DNA of 64,000 bases from Leptolyngbyaceae cyanobacterium. GTDB lineage: Bacteria; Cyanobacteriota; Cyanobacteriia; Phormidesmidales; Phormidesmidaceae. Every line of letters starts with the position of its first letter. Position 1 is the stretch's first letter. Location of the stretch: contig CBDHHL010000032.1 of assembly GCA_965263355.1 (NCBI GenBank), positions 1,312,001 through 1,376,000 of the forward strand. The letters run 5' to 3'. Positions 30,195 through 40,911 of the stretch are shown here, in pieces. The notes beneath the pieces are model-generated. The model was not told where the DNA came from and searched no databases. It saw only the letters and a list, made by a program, of their open reading frames with translations. The position numbers were made by a program, and so were the translations under genes.

Positions 30195-31757
30195 ATGGTC
30201 CCCCTGCCCCTAAAATTCTTTAATACTGCAGGGCCTTGCGACCCAGAAATCCACTATATGCTGCCCCCCACGGCCCGTCTGCCGCAGCTCAAAACCCTGA
30301 TTAGCCAGCGCAGCTACTTTGTTATCCATGCCCCTCGCCAAACTGGCAAAACCACCGCCATGCTGGCCCTGGCCAAAGAGATGACTGCCAGTGGCCAGTA
30401 TGCAGCTGTATTAGTATCAGTCGAAAGTGGTGTTCCCCTTGGTAAGGATATTCATGCGGTTGAACGGGCTATTCTTCAGGCCTGGAGAGAAGACGCAGAA
30501 GACCAACTCCCCAAAGAATTATGGCCCCCACCCTGGCCCCCTGCCGAAACCAGTCAGGCGATCCGCTCTGCTCTGCGTGCTTGGGCTAAAACTTGTCCTC
30601 GGCCTGTGGCATTGTTTATTGATGAAATCGACGCCCTCCAGGACCAGGCTTTAATCTCGATACTACGCCAACTGCGGGCAGGCTATGCGGCCCGTCCCAA
30701 AGCCTTTCCCCACAGCGTTGCCCTGATTGGTTTGCGCGATGTACGCGACTATAAACTAGCCTCCGGTGGCAGCGACCGGCTGCAAACTGCTAGCCCGTTT
30801 AATATCAAAGTCGAATCCCTGACCCTGCGAAACTTCACTCAGCCAGAAATCGCAACCCTTTATACTCAACATACAGAGGCCACAGGCCAAATATTTCACC
30901 CCAACGTAATCAGTCAGGTTTATCATCTGACCCAAGGTCAACCTTGGCTGGTCAATGCCCTGGCCCGACAGCTGGTAGAAGTCATCGCCCCAACCCCCAC
31001 AAAGACAATTACCCAAGACCTGGTTAATCAGGCAAAGGAACGCTTGATCCAGCGTCGTGATACCCATATTGATAGCCTGGCTAAACGCCTGCAGGAACCT
31101 AGGGTTAAGGCAATTTTAGAACCTATGCTAGCGGGGCAGCCCTTGGGGAATGTGGCCCCCGATGATATTGATTTTGTTTTGGACCTGGGCCTATGCCGAC
31201 TGGATGAGACTAATAGCCTGGTGATTGCTAATCCTATTTACCGGGAGGTGATGCCTCGTATGTTGGCCTTTTCCACTTCGGTTTCTCTGAACTATATTCA
31301 ACCTACCTGGCTCACCGACAGTGGTCATCTCGATACTGATAAACTGCTTGCCGCTTTTTTAAACTTTTGGCGGCAGCATGGTTAGCCGCTATTGCAAAAT
31401 GTTAGCTATCACGAAATTGCGCCCCACATTGTGATGATGGCTTTTTTGCATCGGGTGATTAATGGCGGTGGCACCCTCGAACGAGAGTATGCGATTGGTC
31501 GCGATCGCATGGATCTATGCTTACGTTATCAGAGCGTTATCCTCGGCATTGAACTTAAAGTTTGGCGACAGAATCGCCCCGATCCACTCGCTGCGGGCTT
31601 AGAACAACTTGATCGTTATCTGGCTGGACTCAGTCAAACTACCGGTTGGCTTGTTATCTTCGACCAGCGCGATCATCGTCCTCCCATGGCAGAACGCACC
31701 ACCACCAAACAAATAAAGTCTCCACAAGGTAATACAATTACTTTGATTCGAGGCTAG
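30195..31757 (+). pseudogene. AAA ATPase with a C-terminal PD-(D/E)XK domain, split by an in-frame TAG
   Basis: APRQTGKTT and LFIDEID; TAG at 31383-31385; the same frame continues to REYAIG..RMDL..GIELKVW. Confidence 0.8.
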
Positions 31758-31968
31758 GGAGAATGGCAGTCTTGCGAGACAAGGTCCACAAATTACATGC
31801 ACTCCGCTAGGTACTGACTTTATATTGACATAGGCACTGTAATCATCTATAGATAGCGACACTTATGACAGTTAGTGAGTATGTTACTGGTGTCAGCCTA
31901 ACGTCCTGGTTTCTAGAATACAATTCCCATAAGCTTATTGAGAGAATGGCTTTAAATCATTACAAGTA

Positions 31969-33000
31969 AGCGTTTCTCAGTTGTCTTGACTATAGTAACA
32001 ACAGTGAGTAAACCACCCAATAATATCGTTCTGATTAATCTCATCAATGGCCATAGCGATGGCATCGTTGAGTTCATCATAGGTTCGAGCAGCTTGGGTT
32101 CTTAGGCATTCTTTAATTTTGGACCAACCGTTTTCAATTGGCGAAAAATCAGGTGAATAGGGAAGCAGGTAGACCAACCTAGCCCCCACCGCTTCAATCG
32201 CCTCGCGTACACCCTTGACCAGATGAGACTTAAAATTGTCCATCACCACACAAGCGCCTTCCCAGAGCTGAGGAACCAGACACTCGTCAATGTAGGTTCG
32301 AAAGGTTAAGGCATCCGTCCCCCCTTGCCACGTCATGGGTGCGATAAAGCCCTTTGCCCAACTCAAGGCCCCAATCATGGTCACGTTCTTACCTCGAGTA
32401 CTCGGGGCTTGTCCATAGGCACGTTTTCCTTTCTCAGCGCGGGCATATCGACGGGGCATCGCGATATTGCTTCCAGCCTCATCCAGGAAAATCAAATCCT
32501 TGAGCTTCACCTCTCCAATCGTTTGCCAGTACTCTGTTCTTAAGGTTTGGACTCGGTCGGTGTGACGCTCGCTGGCGTGCAGTGTTTTTTTTGCGGGTTA
32601 ACCCCAAGGTTTGAGTAATTCGTCCCATCGTTGATCGGCTCACCCACACGGCTTCTTGCTTATCAACTAACACCTGAAGTTCCTCCAAGGTAGCATCATT
32701 GTTGGCTTCAATCAGGGCCTTAACCCGCTCTCGTTGCTCGGCATTGAGCAGGGGAGGATGACCACCACCATGCGCTTTCGGTTCAATCCCTTCACCCTGA
32801 CGCCATCGTTTGAGTAATCGTTGGACGCTGCTCAAACTGACTTGAAAGCGCTTGGCTAACTGACGTTGAGACATCCCTTCGTCTGTGTGAACGTCAATGA
32901 TGCGCTGGCGTAAATCAAGAGAAAGAGGCTTCATTGGAATACGAATCAGTAGTGGCTTTAGGGTTGCTGATATTGTATTCAAAACAAGCAGGAAACGCTA
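31969..33000 (-). mobile_element. IS630-family insertion sequence
   Basis: Imperfect terminal inverted repeats beginning agcgtttc; TA on both flanks; HTH and DDE ORFs. Confidence 0.88.
31977..32934 (-). CDS. IS630 transposase in two frames joined at an A8 run
   Basis: orfA MKPLSLDLRQRI HTH; orfB FLDE, VMDN and YSPDFSPIE; T8 at 32585-32592. Confidence 0.85.
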
Positions 33001-33088
33001 TAGCTGCGCACCCAGGGTATCGATAGTGCATGACTGTTAGCTATTGAAAAAGAGCTAACGTCAACATCCCAGGCATTATCTGTTTAGC

Positions 33089-33505
33089 TCATTCCACAGC
33101 CAATGACACTCGCTTACCCCCAATACCTCGCAAGTCGGCCAACAATTTGGCCACATCCGAGTAGGGCAGTGTCCGATCTGCCTTGAGCAGGACAAATCCC
33201 TCTGGGTTCTCGGCAAAATAGGTTTGAATAATTGGCGCTAGGGCTGGCGTTGTAATGGCCTCATCGTTATAAACCGCTTGACCATCTTCCCGCAAACCAA
33301 CCACCAATGGCTCCGTCTTCTCAACCACCTCTTCATCCACCCCCGACACCGCCTGGGGTAGGCTTACGCCAAAAATCTGCACACCGCTCAGTTCCATGGA
33401 AATGATGACAAAAAATGTCAGGACCGTCATCAATACATCCATCATTGGCACCAGATTCACCTCGGGCACCCCTCCAGAATTCTGATGGCGAGACTTTAAG
33501 CCCAT
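33089..33505 (-). CDS. exbD: ExbD/TolR biopolymer transport protein
   Basis: NLVPMMDVL and LKAD..LPY motifs. Confidence 0.9.
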   Translation of the reverse strand: MGLKSRHQNSGGVPEVNLVPMMDVLMTVLTFFVIISMELSGVQIFGVSLPQAVSGVDEEVVEKTEPLVVGLREDGQAVYNDEAITTPALAPIIQTYFAENPEGFVLLKADRTLPYSDVAKLLADLRGIGGKRVSLAVE

Positions 33506-33508
33506 CGT

Positions 33509-33940
33509 TTACTCCTCCTCAGGATCTTCTAACGCCAGCGACACCCGGTCACCCCCGACAGCGCGCATATCCCCTAAAAACTGCATCACATTCTCGTACG
33601 GCAGCTCCTGATCTGGCACCAGATATACCGTTTTCTTGGGATTTTTCTTTAGATAGTTATCGATTTCTAACGCTAACTGCTGGCTATCAATCGGCTGTCC
33701 ATTGAGGGATGTCTGCTGCTTCTCATCCATCTCCACAATAAAAATTTCCTCGGCAGAGGGTAGCTGGTCCGGTGGAATATCTTCCGTTTGCTCCGGCGGC
33801 AGCTCTACCTCGATTAATTGCTCGCTACCTAAAGAAACCGCAATTACTACAAAAAAGGCTAGCACACCCATCATTACAGTGAGCATTGGCACCAGATCAA
33901 TGGTGGGAATTTGACTTTCCTGGCGTTTACCTAAAGGCAT
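33509..33940 (-). CDS. exbD: Second ExbD/TolR protein
   Basis: IDLVPMLTV and PDQELPY motifs; ATG at 33940. Confidence 0.85.
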   Translation of the reverse strand: MPLGKRQESQIPTIDLVPMLTVMMGVLAFFVVIAVSLGSEQLIEVELPPEQTEDIPPDQLPSAEEIFIVEMDEKQQTSLNGQPIDSQQLALEIDNYLKKNPKKTVYLVPDQELPYENVMQFLGDMRAVGGDRVSLALEDPEEE

Positions 33941-33966
33941 AATTTTCTCTATCGCGGTTTCTTGGT

Positions 33967-33996
33967 TGTAGGGGCATTGCATGCCACGTCCCTACA
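33967..33996. repeat. GTAG-type REP palindrome
   Basis: tgtaggggcattgcatgccacgtccctaca; related copy at 40869-40896. Confidence 0.7.
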
Positions 33997-34012
33997 ACAA
34001 CAACGACACATA

Positions 34013-34714
34013 CTATTGATAGGTTGCGGCTGTGGATACTGGTGTTTCTTCAGGGGTATGGCCATTTTCTGAGGCTAACAACGCGGGCTCGTACCAATTT
34101 TGGCGATAGATTAGCTCTAGCTCATTACCGGCTTCTGAGAAATAGTCTGCTTGTTGGCTTTGGAGAGAAACGAGCACTCGTAGCACTAGCAACGCCAAAA
34201 TGGCGACAACCATGCCTGCGGCAGTGGTAATCAGGGCCTCTCCAATACCGGCAGCGGCTTTACTGGCACCTTCACCGCCGCCACTGCCGCCAATGTCTAA
34301 ACTGTAAAAGGTGGCGATTAGACCGGTTACGGTCCCCAATAGACCTAACAGTGGCGATATGGCTACGATGGTTTCCAGGAGCTTTTCCCCCTGGCGCATT
34401 TTGACAAATTCGCGGTCCGCAGCGGTTTCCATAGCTAGACGGAAGGTTTCAGGGGAGGCATTGTTTAACCGCAGGGGGGCGTAGAGAAAGCGACCAATGG
34501 GGGTATCGTGGTGTTGATTTGCGATCGCAGCCGCTTCATTCAAATCCCGTGGGGCCGCTGCTAATACATCGTTGACAATTTTGCCCTCACGGCGCAGCAA
34601 ATCGGACCAAAAGCGCGTCCGTTCCAGCGCACATGAAATCGTTAGCACCGAAGCGCCAACAATAGGCACCATTACTGGGCCACCCTTAGCGAGAAAGTCA
34701 AATACAGTTGCCAT
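34013..34714 (-). CDS. exbB: MotA/TolQ/ExbB proton channel protein
   Basis: SPLLGLLGTVTGLI and GIGEALITTAAG motifs. Confidence 0.92.
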   Translation of the reverse strand: MATVFDFLAKGGPVMVPIVGASVLTISCALERTRFWSDLLRREGKIVNDVLAAAPRDLNEAAAIANQHHDTPIGRFLYAPLRLNNASPETFRLAMETAADREFVKMRQGEKLLETIVAISPLLGLLGTVTGLIATFYSLDIGGSGGGEGASKAAAGIGEALITTAAGMVVAILALLVLRVLVSLQSQQADYFSEAGNELELIYRQNWYEPALLASENGHTPEETPVSTAATYQ

Positions 34715-34767
34715 AGCCTATATCCTGGATTACGTTTGCCTATCAGGTCTGTCCAAAAGCTTAAAGT

Positions 34768-35529
34768 CTACTGACGATCCCCTTCATCCTCCTCTTCTTC
34801 TTCAGCCGCTGCATCAGGCGCTGGATTCGCGGCTGTCGTCGAAGTATCAGGAGGTGTTTCACCGTCTGCCGCCGTCGGGGTATTGGTGGGTGGGGTAGCG
34901 GTAGCGGTACCACCATCATTAGTAGCTGAGGCAGCACCACCAGTAGCAGCAGCTCCCTGACCTGCAGACGCGGTAGTAGGCGCGGCACCAATAACCACTT
35001 CCTGCCATTCCAGATTGCTCTCGCCATTGACCTTGACAAGCACCGACTCAACGCGACCGGCAGCCACGGCTCCAGCCCCGATAACATCACACTCAAATGA
35101 GTCGCCCCGCTTATTCACTCGGTACGTATCCCGACAGTCAACGGCTAAACTCTTACCAACGGCATCTCTAATCTCGTCTTGAATCTGTTCCTCAAGGGAT
35201 GCCAGGTTGATCAAAACTTTAGAGCTGGGCACATCCCAACTAACTGTGCCTTGATCATCCTGCTGAATGACATTAACCGTAAACTCTGACCCATCTGGTA
35301 ACACGCCGACACAGCGAAAGTAAAATTCCGCCTGTTTAGCGACACGATTTGGGCAAATTACGTCCTTCAGGGTAAGCCGTCGCCCCTGGCGCTCAATGTC
35401 ATCCTGGATATCAGCCTCTATGCGAGACATATTTAGATGGCTTGAACAACTGCTGAGAAGAACTAACCCCAGTAGTGCCCCCATCCGTACAATGGCGACC
35501 ATTCTGCGACAACGAAAAAAGTTAATCAA
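34768..35529 (-). CDS. Lipoprotein with two DUF4333-like Cys-containing domains and a low-complexity tail
   Basis: LLSSC lipobox; V.CP....F.C pattern twice; start uncertain. Confidence 0.65.
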   Translation of the reverse strand: MINFFRCRRMVAIVRMGALLGLVLLSSCSSHLNMSRIEADIQDDIERQGRRLTLKDVICPNRVAKQAEFYFRCVGVLPDGSEFTVNVIQQDDQGTVSWDVPSSKVLINLASLEEQIQDEIRDAVGKSLAVDCRDTYRVNKRGDSFECDVIGAGAVAAGRVESVLVKVNGESNLEWQEVVIGAAPTTASAGQGAAATGGAASATNDGGTATATPPTNTPTAADGETPPDTSTTAANPAPDAAAEEEEEDEGDRQ

Positions 35530-35655
35530 GGTTTACTATAACGGGGGTATCTAGGAGCCAGGTAAAGGTCCGGTTAAGAGAACCTTGAGTATTGTGGAAA
35601 ACCCTGAGATTTCCTTTGTAAAGGCGTTCCATGGAACACCTCTATAAAAAAATAC

Positions 35656-35930
35656 CTAACCTTTCATCTGCCGTACCAGATGTTGCAATTCTGGCAAAAT
35701 CAAAGACTTTACTGCTAGCGCTACTACATTGCTAGACCCTGGTAGCAAAAAATTAGTGTCGATTGATACACCCCTGCAGTTACCCTGGAGGCAATTGCCC
35801 TAGACCCAATTTCAGCATAGCTAAGCTGACGAAAAATTTCGCCAAATCCTGGAATTTCTTTTGCTAACAGGGCTGCGATCGCAGCATAGGTCGTATCTCT
35901 CGGCGCGATCCCAGTTCCCCCATTACAAAT
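35656..35930 (-). pseudogene. moaB: MoaB/MogA C-terminal remnant, 5'-truncated and frameshifted
   Basis: NGGTGIAPRDTT, PGFGEIFR.LS and SRVTAG, then a shift near 35746 into LPGSSN...LILPELQHL. Confidence 0.82.
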
Positions 35931-35958
35931 GTCGGGGCGTTCCATGGAACGCCCCGAC
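35931..35958. repeat. Perfect 28-bp REP-like palindrome at the moaB breakpoint
   Basis: gtcggggcgttccatggaacgccccgac. Confidence 0.9.
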
Positions 35959-35969
35959 AGAAAACAAAA

Positions 35970-36302
35970 TTAACTCTTAGTAAAGCCCAACCCATGCTCC
36001 TCGGCATAGCGATTCATAAAGCGCATAAAGCGCTCCCATTCAGCCGGACTTTTGAGTAATAGCCGAGCTTCTAAAGCAGCAGGGGCTCCATTGATAAACT
36101 TGGCATTGACTTCTCGGCTGGTGATCATACCTTCTTCATCGACTAGATACAAGCCAGTCACCTCAAAGCCTTCCTCCATAAGGGCCTTAGGCTCATCAAA
36201 ATAGAATGTCGCAGTGCCGTCTGAACCATCCTTAGCACGGGTTAACCGCACATCGGGAATAACTTCCTCAGCTACACCCTGAGCAAATTGGATTTCTGCC
36301 AT
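35970..36302 (-). CDS. psb28: Photosystem II assembly factor Psb28
   Basis: [15 protein letters not shown]...[11 protein letters not shown]. Confidence 0.95.
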   Translation of the reverse strand: MAEIQFAQGVAEEVIPDVRLTRAKDGSDGTATFYFDEPKALMEEGFEVTGLYLVDEEGMITSREVNAKFINGAPAALEARLLLKSPAEWERFMRFMNRYAEEHGLGFTKS

Positions 36303-36393
36303 TGCACTGTCCTCTAAATTAATAACTACAAGCCGTTTGTTACAAAGCGTTAAGTTCTATCATCTCATCATATGAGTGTTGTTTAAAACACGA

Positions 36394-38556
36394 TTAGGAA
36401 ACAATCACCTGATACGGTGATGCCATTGGTGACATACGTCGTTGCAACACCAGTCCTTGGTACACCATCGCGGCAACTTCTCCACAGGTCGCTACGCGAT
36501 TTGGGGTTAATAGATCTAGGTTTGGATAGTTAAAGACAAGGCCAAGTTTGGTTGCAGTTGAGATCGCATTCACAGCATAGCGAGGCACCTGGGTCTGGTC
36601 TTGATAACGGACAAGTAAACCAGCGGGATCCTTAACTCTAAGCCGTAGACCACTCACTAAGGCTAGTAGCACCTGAATTTTAAGGATGACTTGCTCCGGG
36701 GCAAAGGTATAGTCTGGAAACCCTGACAAAAACTTGGCGCGATAGGCCGTATGGATTGCCTCAGACGCCCAATGGGAGGCCGGGACATCACGAAATGCGA
36801 CGGGATAACGTAGAGATTTTGGCTCAAAGGCAGCCACTAGTAAATTGGCAAATTGGGCACGGGTCATGGAGGCATCAGGCTGACTGGATAATTCCAATAG
36901 ATTTTGAGCCATTAGGGGCTGTAAAAAGTCATCGGCCCAATGGCGGCTGGCCACCACCGTATTACTCGCGGCTGTGACTGCATTGCTCACCGATCTTCTG
37001 ACTGGCTGCACAATGTAAGGAGAGACTAGGGGCTGCATTCGCCCTATATTGACCAAACACTGATACACCAATGCCGTTGTTTCAGCACGGGTAATTGGCT
37101 GCATCGGTCGCAGTGCTGCCACATCGGGATGGTTGACCACAATGCCACGCCGAGTAGCCGAGGCTACTTCTTCTACCGCATAGGGAGGCACCTGGGCACG
37201 ATCGCTATAGACACTAAGCTCTGAGGTCATCCCTTCCCCTAAACTCAAACCATTGATCAGGGCCACTAATGCCTGGGCACGGGTCATTGGGTCATTGGGT
37301 CTAAAGGTATTGTCTGGAAAGCCAACAATAAACCCCTCGGCCTGGGCTTTGTAAATCACCGTACGCGCCCAAAAGTCTGACGATATATCTCTAAAAGGTT
37401 TGAATCGACGGCCATTGTTACTGCTAGCTGGAAAGGTAGCCATTACCAGCGCGGAAAATTCAGCCCGAGTGACTAACCCGTTGGGCCGAAATGAGCCATC
37501 AAAAAAGCCTTTGACCAGGTCTGCCTCTGCCATGGCATTGATAAAAGGAGCAGCCCAGTGACCAACCACATCACCAAAACGACTGTCCAAATTCAGGGGA
37601 GGGGGCACAGGGGAATCTGGAGTAACCGGGGCTGGCTTGGGTTGTACCCGTCCCAATAGCATCTTGGGTACCGCGACTGGATCCGGTATTTCGCTAGCGA
37701 CATAGCGAATGGCTCCTTTGGCCCGATTGGGATTGATATAGTTGCCAGCACTGGTGAGGGGTTGTCGGCTCTCATTTTTGATATCCCAATGGCCATTATC
37801 GCGAAACTCATTGTCCCCCAGGTCCTGACTCTGTCCCACGTCAGGCTGGGCCGTATCTTGCACCCATAAACCCGATGTTTCATTGCGACGCACTCGATTT
37901 TGACGGAGTACAGGCCGAGCTGAGCGTGATAAGACAATGCCAGCCCGATTGTTAACCACTTCGTTATCGATTAGTAATGGAGCGGCTTGATCACTGATGG
38001 CCACACCATAGCCAGTCTGTTCAAATCGGTTTTGGCGCACTTCTCCCTTAGACCTACGCACCATAAACAGCCCACTGGCTTGATTCTGAAAAAATTCGTT
38101 GGCTAACAGCACAGGTACGGCATTATTCGTTGCAAATACCCCATCCCGTCCACAGCCCTTAAATCGACAGCGGGTCAGCAGTGCGGAGCCCTGCTCTAGC
38201 CAAACACCCACCCCCTGGGATTGAGGATTGGTGACTGTCACATTACGTACCTGGGCTCCATTTTGAAGCTCTAGGGTGACCGCCTGGGCACCAAAATCCT
38301 CGGTGGCTAGCAAGCCACTGCCGCGAATGATTACATTGCCGCCCACCCCCACTATCGTTACCCCCGAGCGGATGATCAATGGAAATGACTCCCCGCTACC
38401 ATAGGTCCCAGCCTCTAGCTGTATCGTAGTGCCACTAATCGCTCGCCCCAAAGCCTGGGTCAACGTATTAAACGGTGCTTGGCGAGTGCCATTTCCTTGG
38501 GCACCACCAGCACGATTGACATATAGAACAGAGGCGGTAGCTTGCACCATGGCCAC
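36394..38556 (-). CDS. DUF1565/right-handed beta-helix protein with SLH (S-layer homology) domains
   Basis: GNGT..APF.TLTQAL, beta-helix repeats, and several GF.D.SFRPN..TRA SLH motifs. Confidence 0.85.
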   Translation of the reverse strand: MAMVQATASVLYVNRAGGAQGNGTRQAPFNTLTQALGRAISGTTIQLEAGTYGSGESFPLIIRSGVTIVGVGGNVIIRGSGLLATEDFGAQAVTLELQNGAQVRNVTVTNPQSQGVGVWLEQGSALLTRCRFKGCGRDGVFATNNAVPVLLANEFFQNQASGLFMVRRSKGEVRQNRFEQTGYGVAISDQAAPLLIDNEVVNNRAGIVLSRSARPVLRQNRVRRNETSGLWVQDTAQPDVGQSQDLGDNEFRDNGHWDIKNESRQPLTSAGNYINPNRAKGAIRYVASEIPDPVAVPKMLLGRVQPKPAPVTPDSPVPPPLNLDSRFGDVVGHWAAPFINAMAEADLVKGFFDGSFRPNGLVTRAEFSALVMATFPASSNNGRRFKPFRDISSDFWARTVIYKAQAEGFIVGFPDNTFRPNDPMTRAQALVALINGLSLGEGMTSELSVYSDRAQVPPYAVEEVASATRRGIVVNHPDVAALRPMQPITRAETTALVYQCLVNIGRMQPLVSPYIVQPVRRSVSNAVTAASNTVVASRHWADDFLQPLMAQNLLELSSQPDASMTRAQFANLLVAAFEPKSLRYPVAFRDVPASHWASEAIHTAYRAKFLSGFPDYTFAPEQVILKIQVLLALVSGLRLRVKDPAGLLVRYQDQTQVPRYAVNAISTATKLGLVFNYPNLDLLTPNRVATCGEVAAMVYQGLVLQRRMSPMASPYQVIVS

Positions 38557-38715
38557 TAAAACTAAACTGATGGTAAAAAACTGATGGATAATCCACTCAG
38601 GGTAAAGGCAAAGGCATGTTGATACAACCTTATTGTTTAATAATTGACATTAAATCTTATCCACGCCCAGAACGGTCATCTTTCCTGAGAAGACCCTACA
38701 GGTTTCAACCTGGAT

Positions 38716-39033
38716 GTGGTTTATCAATTGATAATTATGCTGACTGTTATTGCCATTGCTAATTGTGCGATCGCGCTACTATGCATTGTGCTTAGCTGGC
38801 GGGTTGCTCGGTTTGGCAGACAAGTCAATCAGCTTAACCATAAGCTCAAACGTTGGACAGTACTATTAGAAAACGCCTTAGCTCAGCAGACCCTAGCCAT
38901 TACCGCCAGACGAACCGATCTCCATCAATGGCAGCTCATGCATCTGAGCTGGCAACTCCAACAGCGACAGATAATTCAAATAGCTAAATTGCTACAGCTA
39001 GTTTGGCTGTTTAGCAAACGTCGATTGTTCTAG
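38716..39033 (+). CDS. Hypothetical membrane protein
   Basis: N-terminal transmembrane helix plus coiled coil; precedes the YtxH gene. Confidence 0.55.
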   Translation: MVYQLIIMLTVIAIANCAIALLCIVLSWRVARFGRQVNQLNHKLKRWTVLLENALAQQTLAITARRTDLHQWQLMHLSWQLQQRQIIQIAKLLQLVWLFSKRRLF

Positions 39034-39104
39034 TTATTCTCCCATTGGTCATTTTCCCTTGACCCTTGCCCCTTGATTAGTGGGAAAGGCCCACTCTAAC
39101 TCCT

Positions 39105-39422
39105 ATGTCACAAAATAATTCCGATAAATTCATTGGTGGTCTCTTGGCAGGCACCGCCATTGGCACTGTCATTGGTATCCTGATTGCTCCGCGCAGCGGC
39201 AAACATACCCGTAAGGTGCTAAAAAAGTCAGCCGATGCTGTACCTGATATCATTGACGACCTCTCCACTAGCCTGCAGTTTCATGCTGATCGGCTTTCCC
39301 ACACTACATTGCAAAATTGGGATAGCACTCTGGGGCGGCTCAAAGAAGCCTTAATTGCTGGTCAGGCAGCTACCCGTGAAGAATTTGCCCAAACCGCAGT
39401 GACCGAACCCAAGCGTGACTAA
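39105..39422 (+). CDS. YtxH-domain protein
   Basis: FIGGLLAG.AIG...GILIAPRSG..TR motif. Confidence 0.85.
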   Translation: MSQNNSDKFIGGLLAGTAIGTVIGILIAPRSGKHTRKVLKKSADAVPDIIDDLSTSLQFHADRLSHTTLQNWDSTLGRLKEALIAGQAATREEFAQTAVTEPKRD

Positions 39423-39945
39423 TCCTGTGATTTGGCTAGGACTCTCTATTCTACTTCTGGCCATAGGTCTAGCAGCTTTAGTATGTGTCTCTATCCCAGC
39501 GCTGATCGGTTTAGCCAGGGCAGCACGCAGTGCTGAAAAGTTTTTTGACACCCTAGACCGGGAGCTGCCCCGTACCCTGGAAGCGATGCGCCATACTGGC
39601 GATGACCTCAGGGGTTTGGCTGATGACATGACCGATAGTGTAAGTAGTGCTCGTAACATCGTTAGACAGGTGGATCGCAGCCTCAGCGATGTGCGCCAAC
39701 AGGCCAATCATGCTAAACGCACAACTCGCAGTGTTGCTATTGGGTTTAGAGCCGCTTGGCAGGTGTTAACCAAACCAACTGGCTCTCGTAAGCGCAGACG
39801 TCGACCGCCACCGTCCAAACCATCACCTAAACCACTGCCAAAACCGCTGGCAGACGCCCCTGCCACTCACCCTTCAAGCCCTTACTCATCCACTAATCCT
39901 GCTCCTAGTAGCAGCACTACGAAGGAGCGTCTCGACAGGCAGTGA
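39415..39945 (+). CDS. DUF948-like membrane-anchored coiled-coil protein
   Basis: ARAARSAEKFFDTL.RELP.TLEA motif; overlaps the YtxH gene. Confidence 0.7.
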   Translation: MTNPVIWLGLSILLLAIGLAALVCVSIPALIGLARAARSAEKFFDTLDRELPRTLEAMRHTGDDLRGLADDMTDSVSSARNIVRQVDRSLSDVRQQANHAKRTTRSVAIGFRAAWQVLTKPTGSRKRRRRPPPSKPSPKPLPKPLADAPATHPSSPYSSTNPAPSSSTTKERLDRQ

Positions 39946-39999
39946 TTGACGGAAACCTGTTTTCTTCTTTACATTAAAGATAGGTAAATAAGTGTAAAC

Positions 40000-40821
40000 A
40001 TGATGAGCCTACGCTTTAGGAATTGGTTGCGAACTTCTTTATTGGGAGGTTTGCTAGTTTGTTGTATTGCTTTCACTACAGGGATGACAGCTACCGCTGC
40101 CTATGCTTACAACAATCCAGAGTTATTACCCGATGAACCGACAATGGTAATTGACCTGGCAAAACTTCTCACCAATTCTGAGGAAGAGTATCTGAATAAA
40201 CATCTGCCTGAGTTTGAAGCAGAAACGGGTTGGAAGCTTAGGGTACTCACCCAGTTTGATCAAACTCCAGGGCGAGCAGTGAAGGATTTTTGGGGGCTAG
40301 ATGAAAAAAGCATCATGCTGATCGCTGACCCCCGTGGCGGCAATATCCTCAACTTTAGTGTTGGCGATGCAGTGTATCCGTTATTACCCCGTGTATTTTG
40401 GATTGAGCTACAGACGAGGTTTGGCAATCAGTTTTTTGTGCGGGACCATGGTGAAGATCAGTCCATAATGCAGTCGATTGAGTCCCTGGAAACATGTCTG
40501 GCGCGGGGTGGATGCTCAGTGGTACCTGGCTTACCCAGGGAACAGTGGATTCTAACTTTAATTACATCTGTGCTGGGTGGTATCATATGCGGCTTTGCAG
40601 CCCATCCAAGGAAGGAAGGTCAAGTGTTTTCCTGGCAGTGGATGCTGATATTCTCTCCCCTGTGGGGCATGTTATTTATCGCGTTTGGCATTGGCCCGGT
40701 GGTGACTCGCACTCAAGACTGGTTACCCCTAATGCGTAACTGTGCCGGGTTTATCATCGGTGCATTGGTTGCCTTCTTGAGCCCTACATTTGCTGATTCG
40801 TCTGCTAGCGGCGAAGTATAG
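40000..40821 (+). CDS. TPM-domain thylakoid protein
   Basis: TGWKLRVLTQ..TPG.AVKDFW and FWIELQTRFGNQFFV motifs. Confidence 0.82.
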   Translation: MMSLRFRNWLRTSLLGGLLVCCIAFTTGMTATAAYAYNNPELLPDEPTMVIDLAKLLTNSEEEYLNKHLPEFEAETGWKLRVLTQFDQTPGRAVKDFWGLDEKSIMLIADPRGGNILNFSVGDAVYPLLPRVFWIELQTRFGNQFFVRDHGEDQSIMQSIESLETCLARGGCSVVPGLPREQWILTLITSVLGGIICGFAAHPRKEGQVFSWQWMLIFSPLWGMLFIAFGIGPVVTRTQDWLPLMRNCAGFIIGALVAFLSPTFADSSASGEV

Positions 40822-40911
40822 GGCATACATCGGCCTATATAGATTGAAATCAATGGGTTTTACCATAGGTAAGGGCATTGCATGCAATGCCCCTACGGAT
40901 AGATTTTAGAT

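Noticed and set aside
33089..34714. exbB-exbD-exbD without tonB as a novelty
   Set aside because: This arrangement is common in cyanobacteria
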